Assembly: GCA_031414535.1 (NCBI GenBank)
Contig: JANNVQ010000057.1
Span: 64,001 to 128,000 of the forward strand
Reading direction: 5' to 3'
Source: Gemmatimonas sp.
GTDB lineage: Bacteria; Gemmatimonadota; Gemmatimonadetes; Gemmatimonadales; Gemmatimonadaceae
Length of the DNA: 64,000 bases
The position numbers and the translations under genes were made by a program. The notes beneath the pieces were generated by a model, which ran no database searches, was not told where the DNA came from, and saw only the letters and a list, made by a program, of their open reading frames with translations. Positions 26,061-36,693 of this stretch are shown piece after piece (the stretch's first letter is position 1; each line of letters begins with the position of its first letter).

Positions 26061-28322
26061 TTACCAATCCCGAGTGATGGCGTCCACATCCGCTGCGCTC
26101 AAACGCTCTGCGCCATCAGCGGCGAGCACCACGGTCACCGCACGGCCGCGTGCTTCCACGCGTTCGCCCAGCGCAAACACTTCTCGGAGTTCCGGCGTGC
26201 GATTCATCAGTGCGAAGTATGCATCCGAGAAGGGTCGCACGCGCACCGTGCGAGCCCGAGCTGCCGCGCCTCGCGTGTCCGTCCACACGCTGTCCTTCAT
26301 CACGAACATCCGCGACGCGGTGCGCCGAGTCTGGCGCGCGTCCATATCGCCTTCCGCATCTGCCACCGAGCGCGATGACCGCTGTTCAGCCGCCTTACGC
26401 GCTTGCTCGAACGCGGGCGGCGGTGCCGATGCGGTCGTGGCAGCGCCCTGCGCCATCGGCATCACACCACCACGCCCGCCGCGGGGCCCCGGAGCATTGG
26501 CAACCACCATGCCGGGTTCAAGCACCAAGTACGAGGTGAGTGCGGTGGGAATGCCCCAGCGCTCGCCCAACTGCTTGATCTCGTTATCGAGCTCCGGCGA
26601 CGCACCGCTCTTGCGGCGCTCGGCGCTCAGCCAACCCACGCGCTGCGTGGCCCACAGACGCCCAACGAATGCGTCCTGCGTCCGCTGCGCCGGGAATCGC
26701 GCCTCGGAGGTCCAAGTGACGGGGCCATCTGGATGTTGCCCAGTGATGGTAATCCGCGCCGACTCCGCGCTGCCAGTATACCGCGCAAGAATCGTCAGCT
26801 CTTGGCCAGCAAAGAGATCAATGCGCCCGGCCGGCATCACCTGCTGCAGCGTTACGCCCTGCGCGCGGATGCGAATGTCCGTCGCCACCGGGCTCGTGAG
26901 CCGTTGGGCCACCACGCCAACAATGCGCTCCACGTTTTCTTGGGGGCGTACGAAGTGCGCGGTGCCGGCTCCATCAAGTGCGAGCTGCTCAAGCAGCGTG
27001 GCGTTCACATCCGCACCAATGCCAAACGTGAACACGCGCCGTTGACCGCGCTGCTGCGATGCGCGCGCGGCCAGCTTGGCAGGGTCGCGCTCACCCACCG
27101 TCGGCTCGCCGTCCGTCATGAAGAGTACGAGTCCGAGGCGATTCGCTGGCGTGCTCGCTTCAAGCGCACGCTCGAGCGCGCCACCGATGTTCGTTCCGCC
27201 GGTCGCACTCAATCCGTCCAGCCATTCCTGAGCACGCCGCAAGTTGCCTGGGTTTACCGCGCTCCAACCTTCAGCGAAGTCGTTCACATCGCTCGAGAAC
27301 GCAATCAAGCGAAAGCGATCTGCACCGCTCAGCGAATTCAGCAACTGGCGGCCCGCGGCCTTGGCCTGCACAAGCTTCTCACCGCTCATCGAGCCCGAGA
27401 CGTCAATCACGAAGGTCACATCACGCGCCGTGCGGCTCACGCTGCGCGTGGGCGCACCGATTGTGAGTAGCATGTAGCCCTCGTCCGTGCGCGGGGCGTG
27501 CGTGAGCACGGTCATCGCAGCACTGTTCGAGCGCACCGGCAGCAGCAGCGTCACGGTGCCTGTGGCATCCACCACGCGCAACGAACGCCGCGGCACACCA
27601 CCGGCATCTTCCACGCGATGCGTCGGCGACCAGGCCTCGCCGTAGCCATCACCCTCCGGCCACTGGAAGTTGAGTTGCGTGCCCGTGTTCTCCGTGCCTT
27701 GCCCACGCGGCGCCGGCACATCCACGCGCAAGGCATCACCTTCGCGCTCGGCGATGGCATTAAATCGCACGGTCACCGTGCGCGTCTCACCCGGTTGAAT
27801 GGGGAAGATGCGCGTGCGCAGCACACCGTGGTCCATCCACTCCACCAGCGCGGGGTCGCGCTGCCGTCGTACAATCTCCTCATAGATGCGGCGCGCTTCG
27901 CCGGCACCGCGGATCTCGCCGTTCACCATCTCACCATCAATCATCAGCGAGAGGTTCTCGAATGCGGCACCGCGCGGTAACGGCAGCACGTAGTCCACCT
28001 CGCCAAGCGCGCGCCCGCGGTTGGTCCAGCGCTCAGTGACTTCGTAGCGAAGGACGCGCCCCTCGAGTGCCACGCGCACTTCTCGGCCCGTGCGCACCAC
28101 GCGACCATCCATCCGGCATGGCGGCTGCGGGCAAGGCGCCGACGCGCACATTCGCGTGGGGCAATCGGGAGCGGGGACCGCTTGATCCTGCCCGGCAAGG
28201 GACGGCGGAGCGGCGACGAAAGCGGTCAGTACAAGTGCGTGGAGCGTAGCGGCGAAACGGCGAAACACGGGATCTCCCGGCTTGAGTTGCCAGGGAGACG
28301 CCAGACCCGCCAAAACTTGCAC
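26061..28322 (-). CDS. Secreted VIT + von Willebrand factor A domain protein (true start probably near 28268)
   Basis: VIT region EARRIYEEIVRRQRDPALVE; MIDAS motifs DVSGSMS, GGTN and MTDG. Confidence 0.88.
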   Translation of the reverse strand: MQVLAGLASPWQLKPGDPVFRRFAATLHALVLTAFVAAPPSLAGQDQAVPAPDCPTRMCASAPCPQPPCRMDGRVVRTGREVRVALEGRVLRYEVTERWTNRGRALGEVDYVLPLPRGAAFENLSLMIDGEMVNGEIRGAGEARRIYEEIVRRQRDPALVEWMDHGVLRTRIFPIQPGETRTVTVRFNAIAEREGDALRVDVPAPRGQGTENTGTQLNFQWPEGDGYGEAWSPTHRVEDAGGVPRRSLRVVDATGTVTLLLPVRSNSAAMTVLTHAPRTDEGYMLLTIGAPTRSVSRTARDVTFVIDVSGSMSGEKLVQAKAAGRQLLNSLSGADRFRLIAFSSDVNDFAEGWSAVNPGNLRRAQEWLDGLSATGGTNIGGALERALEASTPANRLGLVLFMTDGEPTVGERDPAKLAARASQQRGQRRVFTFGIGADVNATLLEQLALDGAGTAHFVRPQENVERIVGVVAQRLTSPVATDIRIRAQGVTLQQVMPAGRIDLFAGQELTILARYTGSAESARITITGQHPDGPVTWTSEARFPAQRTQDAFVGRLWATQRVGWLSAERRKSGASPELDNEIKQLGERWGIPTALTSYLVLEPGMVVANAPGPRGGRGGVMPMAQGAATTASAPPPAFEQARKAAEQRSSRSVADAEGDMDARQTRRTASRMFVMKDSVWTDTRGAAARARTVRVRPFSDAYFALMNRTPELREVFALGERVEARGRAVTVVLAADGAERLSAADVDAITRDW

Positions 28323-28335
28323 ATCCTCGGTGGAA

Positions 28336-29220
28336 CTAGGGGATTTGGTCTAAGTCTTCCGCCTTGCTCGTCCGAGCGGGAGTGCGTTCAATTACACGAA
28401 CAGCCAAGAGATTCTGATCGGCCCGATTCATCGTGGACATCAAGCTCTCGCCCGGCTCGCGGACGGCCCAGCCGAGGCTGAATGGCACCGGTGCCGTGCG
28501 GAGGGCGGCCAATCGCATACGCTCGGCGACCATCTGCGCCGAAGCCAGCACCGCGCCGCGGAGCACGATGACGAATTCGTCGCCACCCACCCGCACCACC
28601 GGTTCCTCGGCGCGCACCTGACGCATCAGGAAGCGACTCATGCGGATGAGCGTGTTGTCACCCATCTGGTGGCCGTGCTCGTCGTTGTACGTCTTGAAGT
28701 GGTCAATGTCAATGAACAAGAAGCCCCAGCTCTCGTCCGTTGGGCTCAACATCTCATCGAGGTCGGCGAGGTGCCGGCGATTAAAGCAGCCGGTGAGCGG
28801 ATCACGCACGCTGCGTTGCCGGAGTTCATCTTCCATCTTTTTGCGTTGCGTGATGTCCACAAGGATGCCGTGATATAGCGTTTCGCCGCTACTTGGCTCC
28901 ACCACCGAGTACATGGTATCGAGCACGCAGAGTAATCCGCCATCCGGGCGCAGCAACTGCAGTTCAAAGTCGCGGACGAATCCGTCGCGCTCGAGCAGGT
29001 CCATTTCGGCCAGTCGGCGCGAGGGATCCACGACCATCTCGTTGGCACCGAATGTTTTCAGGTCATCCAGCGAGCGGACGCCCATCAACTGAAAAAATGC
29101 TGGGTTGGCGTCAAGGATGTTCCCACGACGATCACTGATGTAGATGGCCTCGCGCAGGTTGGCCACCAGTGAGCGCAGACTGTCGGGGTCCTGTAGAGAC
29201 CGAAAGCGTTGCGGGCTCAT
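28336..29220 (-). CDS. PAS-GGDEF diguanylate cyclase
   Basis: PAS domain, DPLTGCFNRR, DIDHFKTYND and RVGGDEF. Confidence 0.92.
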   Translation of the reverse strand: MSPQRFRSLQDPDSLRSLVANLREAIYISDRRGNILDANPAFFQLMGVRSLDDLKTFGANEMVVDPSRRLAEMDLLERDGFVRDFELQLLRPDGGLLCVLDTMYSVVEPSSGETLYHGILVDITQRKKMEDELRQRSVRDPLTGCFNRRHLADLDEMLSPTDESWGFLFIDIDHFKTYNDEHGHQMGDNTLIRMSRFLMRQVRAEEPVVRVGGDEFVIVLRGAVLASAQMVAERMRLAALRTAPVPFSLGWAVREPGESLMSTMNRADQNLLAVRVIERTPARTSKAEDLDQIP

Positions 29221-30365
29221 GTGAGCACCGCCTCGCGCGCTTCCCATTGGCGCATCATTCCAATGAAGGCCGTAGCCGCCTCGAGATCGAAGTCTGGCCC
29301 CGCGCCTGACTCAATTTGCTTGAGCACGCGCTCGGCCTCCCACGCCTCACGATATGGCCGATTGGTGCGCAAGGCATCGTACACATCGCAGACGTGCACA
29401 AGCTTGGACGCCGAATGCACCCCGCGGTCGAAGTGGCGTCGCGGGTAGCCTTGGCCATTAATCATGATGTGATGCTCATACGCGACCGCCGCGGCCAAGT
29501 CGAGGTCGCGGTCGCTCTCGTAGATGATCTTCGCGCCATCTATTGGATGTTGGCGCATAATCACCCACTCCTCGTCTGTGAGTTTGCCCGGCTTCGTGAG
29601 CACTTCCTTGGGGATGCGTACTTTGCCGAGGTCATGCAGCAGTCCCGCCACGCCGAATGCGCGCACGTCGCTGGGGCCCATGCCCATCCACTCTGCCAGC
29701 GCCATCGTCAACACCGATACGTTGAGCGAATGCGTGGTTGTGTATTGATCAAACTCTTTCAGCTGCAACAAGGGCATGACGATGTTGCGGTCGCCGTGCA
29801 TCGCTAACGAGAGCGAGCGCACCACCGATTCCGCCTCGAAGAGCGGCAGTTCGCCGGAGGACGCGACCTCATTGTGCATCCACTCTACGGTCTGGGCTTC
29901 TTCGCCCAGCGTATAGGTGAAGTTCGCCGTCGAGGCGGGCATGATGAGTCGCGAGTCGTCGGTACCCTTCACGCCGATTGCACCGAACTTGATAGTCGAG
30001 CGCTTCTCGGGACTGCGCGTAGCCGAATCAATGGCCTGCAGCGTGATACGGGCAAGCACTTCTTCCAAGAACAGCTCGAACTCCTCCCGCGTGGTGCCGC
30101 GCTGAAACTCCACGCGCTGCACGCCGGCGTTGGCGAGCCGCGTGCCCCAATCCCAATCGCCGAGCTCGCGCATGGCAATCTCGCCGTACACCACGTCGGT
30201 GCCCAAGAAGGAGAAGCGGGGTTTGGGATCTGTTTCCTGCAGCAACGCGAGCCGCTCAAACGCGTGGTCAATGCCGCGCTGCCGCGCCGGATGCCCTTCG
30301 GAGTAGAGGGACATGGTCGCGAGCGCTTGGGCAAAGCTGGTGAGGAACTTCACGGGTTCGCTCAT
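29217..30365 (-). CDS. HD-GYP c-di-GMP phosphodiesterase
   Basis: HSLNV, LLHDLGK, HHIMINGQGYP and DVYDAL..RPYR. Confidence 0.92.
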   Translation of the reverse strand: MSEPVKFLTSFAQALATMSLYSEGHPARQRGIDHAFERLALLQETDPKPRFSFLGTDVVYGEIAMRELGDWDWGTRLANAGVQRVEFQRGTTREEFELFLEEVLARITLQAIDSATRSPEKRSTIKFGAIGVKGTDDSRLIMPASTANFTYTLGEEAQTVEWMHNEVASSGELPLFEAESVVRSLSLAMHGDRNIVMPLLQLKEFDQYTTTHSLNVSVLTMALAEWMGMGPSDVRAFGVAGLLHDLGKVRIPKEVLTKPGKLTDEEWVIMRQHPIDGAKIIYESDRDLDLAAAVAYEHHIMINGQGYPRRHFDRGVHSASKLVHVCDVYDALRTNRPYREAWEAERVLKQIESGAGPDFDLEAATAFIGMMRQWEAREAVLT

Positions 30366-32458
30366 TCCACCACCGCCACGCTCGCGCGCGATGTCATCGC
30401 CGCTGCACCAACAATCTCTTGGTCAGCACTGGCCGCAGCGAGTGCGAGGGGCGTTTTTGCCGCCGGATGCTCACGCCAGTGAATCGCCAGGCCCTCGAGG
30501 GCAGCGAGCATCTCCGGGGACTTACTCACCAATGCCTCTCGCTTAATCAGCTTGCCCATCCTCACAACGCGCCCAGCAAGCCAGGCTGGCGTGTCGGGAT
30601 TTTTGTTGGAGCTCAGTGCGCGGATGCCGAGCGCGCGCAAATCTGGAGACAGCAAGGCCTCATCGGCGCGGGTGCGCAGCACGAGCGCCGCATCGCGCGG
30701 GCAGTTGGTCATTGCCGCGCCGAGGCCAAGTCGCACATTGCCTTCATCCGCGTCAGCGAGCGCGCGTACGATGGTCGCATCGCGTGATTCGTTGGACCGC
30801 AGCAACTGCCGTAGCGCCTCGCGGCGGATGGCCGCGTCAGGATGGTCCATCCACTGCACCGCCTGATATCCGCAGTCCCACTCGGGGTGGCGGCCCAGCG
30901 CGGCCAAGAGAGGTCGCACCAAGTTCCAATGCAAACCCGGCAAACGCTCAAGCACCAAGGGCCCGACGGCAGCTCCGATGCGCTCCAGGAGAGCAAGCAT
31001 CGCAGCCTGCTTACGATCGTCCTGTGTTTCCTCAAGTGCGTCAATGATGGCATCCGTTGCCGATACGCCCATGCGCCCCACCATCCGCTCCAGTGTCTGA
31101 ATTGGAAGCGGATCTAACGCGAGTTGCAGGCGCAGGCGTTGTGGCGTGGCCACGTGACGCCAGAGCGTGTCTCGCATCCACAGGGACGGCGCGTTATCCA
31201 CCAAGTTCAACAAGGGCGCCAAGTTTGGATTGAGCGCCATCGTATCGGCGGATCGCCACACCTGGTCACCAAGTGTTTCAATTTCCAGTCCCATCGCCAA
31301 CAATCGCTCTGGCTCAATGGGAAAACTGTGCTCCACAAACCTCGCTGTGGGCTCGGCGGACGACATTTTCTCGAGCGCAAGGCGGTAGCCGTCCGGATTC
31401 GGATCGTCGAGTTGCCAGCCTTCCATCAATTTCTTCACTTGGTCACGCAACGCACCGTCCGCTTGCGAGCGCGTCGTGCTTGGACCAGTCTCCGCATGCG
31501 CAGCGAGCTTGGACAGCATACGCACCATCGAGTGTGACACATTCTGCCCCGACGTCTCCGAAGCTGCCCGCACCAATTCCACCACGGCGTCCAACGCCAT
31601 GCCCTGTGCGGCATCGAGCACAAACTTCTGCTGCTGGCGTCGGTTGCCGCCCATCTTCACCAAGCGCTCGAGCGTGGCCGGCGAAAGCTGCGCAATGAGT
31701 TGCGAGATGCGGCGTTGAAGTGCCGCGGCGTCTCGTCCGGTTTTGTGCTTGAGCTCTTCGGCAATTTGCAGCAGGTAGCCGACCACGACCTGGTCATATG
31801 CAGCATCACGCTTGTGCTCCTCAATCGCCTGCGCAACGACCGAGGGATCAACACCCGCAGGATCATCGGTGTCGAGCTTGTCGATCTGCGATACCAGCGC
31901 CGCGCGGGCGAGACCTACCCACAGCGCGGCCGACCGACTGCCGTTGGCTTTGCTGCCATCATCCTCGCCGTCCGCGTTGGGATCTTCCTCCAACAACTGC
32001 AACTGCGCGAAGGTCAGCGGAAAAAGCCGAATGTGCGGCCACTGCGTGAGCACTTCTGGACCTTCGAGTCCCAGCGGACGCGGTAGACGCCCCGCATCCA
32101 TCGAGACGATGGAGAGCATGTCCGTCAGCTCATCCTCGGTGATGCCGACGCTGAACTTCACCGCACCCAGGTGATGCTTGTGCAAGCGATTCGCTAACTC
32201 GCGGAGGACTGGGTTCTTCTCGTCAGTGGCAACGCCTTCAATGATCAATTGATGTCGCGCCACGCCAAGCGAGAGCGCCGCACGTTCCCGTAGCAGCGCG
32301 GCGAGGCGCGCACTTAGGTCCGCGGTCGTGTTCTCCAGCAGCGGATGGCCAGCCGGATAAATGGCGTTCTTGTGTAGCCCAATCGAAAATTCGATTAGGA
32401 AATCCGACAGCTCCTTGGTGAGCGTCGCAGATTCGCCGGCCGTCGCTAAACGGGACAT
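30362..32458 (-). CDS. HEAT-repeat protein
   Basis: Helical, Leu/Ala-rich C-terminus (HPDAAIRREAL, LADADEGNVR); first gene of the operon with the HD-GYP protein. Confidence 0.7.
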   Translation of the reverse strand: MSRLATAGESATLTKELSDFLIEFSIGLHKNAIYPAGHPLLENTTADLSARLAALLRERAALSLGVARHQLIIEGVATDEKNPVLRELANRLHKHHLGAVKFSVGITEDELTDMLSIVSMDAGRLPRPLGLEGPEVLTQWPHIRLFPLTFAQLQLLEEDPNADGEDDGSKANGSRSAALWVGLARAALVSQIDKLDTDDPAGVDPSVVAQAIEEHKRDAAYDQVVVGYLLQIAEELKHKTGRDAAALQRRISQLIAQLSPATLERLVKMGGNRRQQQKFVLDAAQGMALDAVVELVRAASETSGQNVSHSMVRMLSKLAAHAETGPSTTRSQADGALRDQVKKLMEGWQLDDPNPDGYRLALEKMSSAEPTARFVEHSFPIEPERLLAMGLEIETLGDQVWRSADTMALNPNLAPLLNLVDNAPSLWMRDTLWRHVATPQRLRLQLALDPLPIQTLERMVGRMGVSATDAIIDALEETQDDRKQAAMLALLERIGAAVGPLVLERLPGLHWNLVRPLLAALGRHPEWDCGYQAVQWMDHPDAAIRREALRQLLRSNESRDATIVRALADADEGNVRLGLGAAMTNCPRDAALVLRTRADEALLSPDLRALGIRALSSNKNPDTPAWLAGRVVRMGKLIKREALVSKSPEMLAALEGLAIHWREHPAAKTPLALAAASADQEIVGAAAMTSRASVAVVE

Positions 32459-32554
32459 TGGCGGGAATATGGGCAGTGCCAGCGAAATGAGCCAATCGCT
32501 GCCGGCATTTTGTGATGGCTGGCCCCAGCCCCCCGACACATCTATATATCGGCG

Positions 32555-34606
32555 GTGCGCCCCCCCGCCCCTTTTTCCGCCAAACAGCGTGACACCCTTC
32601 GTGCACTCGCCGAGGCCGTTGTCCCGCACGCCTTTCAGGATCCGGCTCGGGGCAACGCTCTCGTCGAGACACTCCTGGGCCGCATCGCGCGGCTCGCGCC
32701 CCGCAAGCGTCGAGATTTAGGTCTCGCCGTCTCCATCCTCGGGGCTCGGCCTGCGGCCGTCCTCGCCGGCCTGCCCCCCAGTCGCTTCGAGAAACAGTCC
32801 CTGGCCAACCGGACGCGCATCGTGGAAGTCTGGGTCCAGTCCCGGATTCCCATCATGCGCACCATCGTCCAGTCGCTACGCCGATTGGTGCTGTTGATGG
32901 AATACGCGAGCGAGCCGGCCCAACGAGAGGTGGGCTATCGTGGCTCTTACCATGACCGGGGCCCCTCCGTGCCATGGGAAGGCGCGCTCAAGGGTGAGCC
33001 GAATGACGCCGAGCCCGTCGCGAGGGCGCCGATTCCCGACGCCGCCCACCGTCAGCCCGCTTTCGCCACTCCTCTCGCGCCCTTGGTGCTCGATGGCGAG
33101 ACCCTGCGTGCCGACGCCGTCGTCATTGGCACCGGAGCTGGTGGCGCCACCGCTGCGGCGCGCCTCGCCGAAGCCGGACTCGACGTCATCATTGTAGAAA
33201 GCGGCGAGCTCGTACATGGCGCCGGCTTCGACGAGCGCGAAGGCGCCATGTTCGAGCGTCTCTATGCCGATGGTGGCCTTCGCACCACCGACGACCTCGG
33301 CGTCTCGATGGTGCAGGGCGTCACAGTTGGCGGCAGCACCACTGTGAACTGGATGATCATGCTCCGCACGCCGGATTGGGTGCTGGACGAATGGACGCGC
33401 GTGCACGGCGCCCAGGGCATGTCGTCGGCCGAGATGAAAAGTGTGTTTGCCCGTGTGGAGCAGGATCTGCACGCTCGCCTCGTGCCAGACGACGCGCACT
33501 CACCAAACAATCGCATTATCCTCGACGGCGCATCCAAACTCGGATGGTCTGCCAAAAGCGCCGTAATCAATGCACGGAACTGCATCCGCACCGGCTTCTG
33601 CGGCTACGGCTGCCGCTCAGGGGCCAAGCAGGGCACCCTTGAGACCTACCTGCCGCGCGCGCTGAACGCAGGCGCTAGGCTCGTGACTCAGGCCCGCGCC
33701 ATGCGCATCGAGTCCGTGGAGCGCGGAGGTGCCTTTCCAAAGAAGCGCGTCGTCATCCGTCACACGCCCACTTCAGGTCGCTCGCAGGACGTAGCAATCG
33801 AAGCCAAGGTCGTCGTCCTCGCAGCCGGCGCTGTGGAGACGCCTGTGCTGCTACAAAATTCAGGGCTGGGCGGCGGCGCGGTGGGCAAATATCTGCGCCT
33901 CCATCCCACCACTGGCTTGCTGGCGCGTTTTGACCGCGAGATCTACGCCGCTGGCGGCATGCCGCTCACGTCCATGTGCGATGAATTCCACCAGATGGAC
34001 GCCAACGGCTACGGCGTGTGGATTGAGACGCCGCCCATGCACCCGGCGCTCGCGGCCACTGCCTGCCCCGGCATTGGCGCGGCCCACCGAGAGCGCATGC
34101 TCAGTTTCCGTAACACAGGCACGCTGATTGTCCTCACCCGCGATGGAGCGGACCGCGGGCAATCCAACGGGGAGGTCCGGGCGCGCCGCGACGGCTCCGT
34201 CTCCATCAAATACGAAATGGGCCGCACCGACCGCGCCCACGCGCTCGCTGGCCTCGAGGCCGCGGCCCAACTGCACTTCGCGGCTGGCGCAAAAGAAGTC
34301 ATCTCCGGCCACTCCCGCCCCGTCATCCTCCGGAGCCCAAGCGAGATATCGCGCCTGCGTGAGCGTCCTATGGGGCCCAATGACATCCCCTTCTTCTCGG
34401 CGCACGTGAATGGAACCTGTCGCCTCGGCAAGGATGCCCGCACCGCCGGCACCGACCCGCACGGTGAACGATTTGGCGCGCCTGGCGTATTCGTAGCGGA
34501 TGGTTCGCTGCTACCCACGGCGCCGGGCGTGAATCCGCAGGAGACGATCTACGCACTCTCCACGATCATCGCCGAACGCATCGCTTCGCGGGTTCAAGCA
34601 GGGTAA
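32555..34606 (+). CDS. GMC family oxidoreductase (long-chain alcohol oxidase-like)
   Basis: FAD motif VVIGTGAGG, VGGSTTVNW, SAHVNGTCRLG and GVNPQETI. Confidence 0.9.
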   Translation: MRPPAPFSAKQRDTLRALAEAVVPHAFQDPARGNALVETLLGRIARLAPRKRRDLGLAVSILGARPAAVLAGLPPSRFEKQSLANRTRIVEVWVQSRIPIMRTIVQSLRRLVLLMEYASEPAQREVGYRGSYHDRGPSVPWEGALKGEPNDAEPVARAPIPDAAHRQPAFATPLAPLVLDGETLRADAVVIGTGAGGATAAARLAEAGLDVIIVESGELVHGAGFDEREGAMFERLYADGGLRTTDDLGVSMVQGVTVGGSTTVNWMIMLRTPDWVLDEWTRVHGAQGMSSAEMKSVFARVEQDLHARLVPDDAHSPNNRIILDGASKLGWSAKSAVINARNCIRTGFCGYGCRSGAKQGTLETYLPRALNAGARLVTQARAMRIESVERGGAFPKKRVVIRHTPTSGRSQDVAIEAKVVVLAAGAVETPVLLQNSGLGGGAVGKYLRLHPTTGLLARFDREIYAAGGMPLTSMCDEFHQMDANGYGVWIETPPMHPALAATACPGIGAAHRERMLSFRNTGTLIVLTRDGADRGQSNGEVRARRDGSVSIKYEMGRTDRAHALAGLEAAAQLHFAAGAKEVISGHSRPVILRSPSEISRLRERPMGPNDIPFFSAHVNGTCRLGKDARTAGTDPHGERFGAPGVFVADGSLLPTAPGVNPQETIYALSTIIAERIASRVQAG

Positions 34607-34641
34607 TTTCCAAGCTCGCTTAGAGCCCCAACACTTCGATC

Positions 34642-36660
34642 TTGGTCTTGCCCGTGTCTCAGTCCGACGCTTCGCTGCAAACGCTCGCCATCAACACCGT
34701 CCGCACTCTTTCAATGGATGCGGTGCAAGCAGCGGAGAGCGGGCACCCTGGCACACCGATGGCGCTCGCGCCGCTCGCCTACGCGCTCTACACGCGCCAC
34801 GTACGGCACAACCCTGCAGATCCGCACTGGCCTGATCGCGACCGCGTGGTGCTCTCGGCGGGTCACGCATCCATGCTGCTCTACTCCACTCTGTACCTGA
34901 GCGGCTACGATCTCTCGCTCGATGAAATCAGGAATTTCCGGCAGTGGGGTTCTAAGACTCCTGGCCATCCCGAATACGGTCACACCGCTGGCGTAGAGAC
35001 CACCACCGGCCCGCTTGGTCAGGGCGTCGGCAACGCGATTGGGTTTGCGGTCGCAGAGGCACACATGGCCGCGACGTTCAATCGCGATGGCCACGGCGTG
35101 ATCAATCACTACACTTGGTTCATCGCCGGCGACGGCTGCTTACAAGAAGGCATCTCGCACGAGGCCGCGTCATTCGCTGGCCACCAGAAGCTCGGCAAGA
35201 TCATCGGCTTCTGGGACGACAACAGCATCACCATTGACGGCCGCACAGATCTCTCTAGCAGCGACGACGTGGCCAAGCGCTTTGAGAGCTACGGCTGGCA
35301 GGTCTTGCACATCAGCGATGTGAATGACCAGGCGCAGATTGATAGTGTCATCGCCGAGGCCAAGGCCGATTCCACTCGCCCCACGCTCGTCTGCACAAAG
35401 ACCATCATCGGCTTCGGCTCGCCCAACCGCGCGGATACTGCCAAGGCACACGGCGAACCGCTCGGCAAAGAAGAGATCAAGCTCACCAAGGCCGCCTACG
35501 GCTGGCCGAGTGATGAACCGTTTCATGTGCCGACCGCGGCGCTCGAACACTGGCGGCTCGCCAAGGAGCGCGGCATCAACATGCAGGCCGAGTGGATGCG
35601 CCGCTTCGCCGAGTTCTCCAAGGCGTTTCCGAGCGAAGCCAAGGAGTTGGGACGTCGCTGGCACGGTGATTTGCCCGCGCAGTGGGAAAAGGCGCTGCCG
35701 GAGTTCACCGCCGAGAACGGCAGCGTCGCGAGCCGCGCCGCTTCTGGTACGGTAATCAATGCGATTGGTCCTGCTATCCCGGAGTTGATCGGTGGCTCTG
35801 CTGACCTCACTGGCAGCAACCTCACCAACGTGAAGAATGGCGGGGCATTCTCCGCCACACAGCGCAGCGGCCGCAATTTCCACTTCGGCATCCGCGAACA
35901 CGCGATGGGCGCCGTAATGAACGGCATGGCGCTGCACGGCGGCATCATCCCGTATGGCGGCACCTTCCTCGTGTTCGCCGACTACATGCGCCCCGCCATT
36001 CGACTCGCTGCGCTCATGCGTCAGCAAGTGATCTATGTGTTCACGCACGATTCCATTGGACTTGGCGAGGACGGCCCCACGCATCAGCCGGTGGAGCATT
36101 TGAGCTCACTGCGCTGCATTCCCAATCTGCTCGTGCTGCGTCCGGCCGATGCGGCGGAAACCGCTGAAGCTTGGCGCACTGCACTCAAGCATCGTACGGG
36201 TCCGTCCGCGCTGGTGCTCACGCGCCAGAAGCTCCCCTTGATTGATCGCAGCACACACGCGGCGGCGAGCGGTGTAGCGAAGGGCGCGTATGTACTGAAG
36301 GACGCGCCGGAAGGCGCGGCACCAAAGACCGTCATCATCGCCACCGGCTCTGAAGTAGAGATTGCGCTCAAGGCCCAGACGGAACTCACCGCGAAGGGTG
36401 TGGCGACGCGTGTCGTCTCGATGCCTTCGATGGAGCTCTTTGCGCAGCAGACCAAGGAGTACCGCGCTTCCGTGTTGCCTGATGGAGTTCGCCGCGTGGC
36501 GATTGAGGCCGCTCACCCCATGAGCTGGCACCGTTGGGTTGGCGTAGACGGCGAAATCATCGGCATTGATGGCTTCGGTGCATCGGCGCCGGCGCCGAAG
36601 TTGTATCAGGAGTACGGCATCACGGCGCAGGCTGTGGTCGCGGCTGTGACCGCGCGCTGA
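34642..36660 (+). CDS. tkt: Transketolase
   Basis: SGHPGTPM, TTGPLGQG, GDGCLQEG, FGIREHAM and GEDGPTHQPVEH. Confidence 0.97.
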   Translation: MVLPVSQSDASLQTLAINTVRTLSMDAVQAAESGHPGTPMALAPLAYALYTRHVRHNPADPHWPDRDRVVLSAGHASMLLYSTLYLSGYDLSLDEIRNFRQWGSKTPGHPEYGHTAGVETTTGPLGQGVGNAIGFAVAEAHMAATFNRDGHGVINHYTWFIAGDGCLQEGISHEAASFAGHQKLGKIIGFWDDNSITIDGRTDLSSSDDVAKRFESYGWQVLHISDVNDQAQIDSVIAEAKADSTRPTLVCTKTIIGFGSPNRADTAKAHGEPLGKEEIKLTKAAYGWPSDEPFHVPTAALEHWRLAKERGINMQAEWMRRFAEFSKAFPSEAKELGRRWHGDLPAQWEKALPEFTAENGSVASRAASGTVINAIGPAIPELIGGSADLTGSNLTNVKNGGAFSATQRSGRNFHFGIREHAMGAVMNGMALHGGIIPYGGTFLVFADYMRPAIRLAALMRQQVIYVFTHDSIGLGEDGPTHQPVEHLSSLRCIPNLLVLRPADAAETAEAWRTALKHRTGPSALVLTRQKLPLIDRSTHAAASGVAKGAYVLKDAPEGAAPKTVIIATGSEVEIALKAQTELTAKGVATRVVSMPSMELFAQQTKEYRASVLPDGVRRVAIEAAHPMSWHRWVGVDGEIIGIDGFGASAPAPKLYQEYGITAQAVVAAVTAR

Positions 36661-36693
36661 TTTTTCAGCGCGACACTCACTAATGCAACGCTG

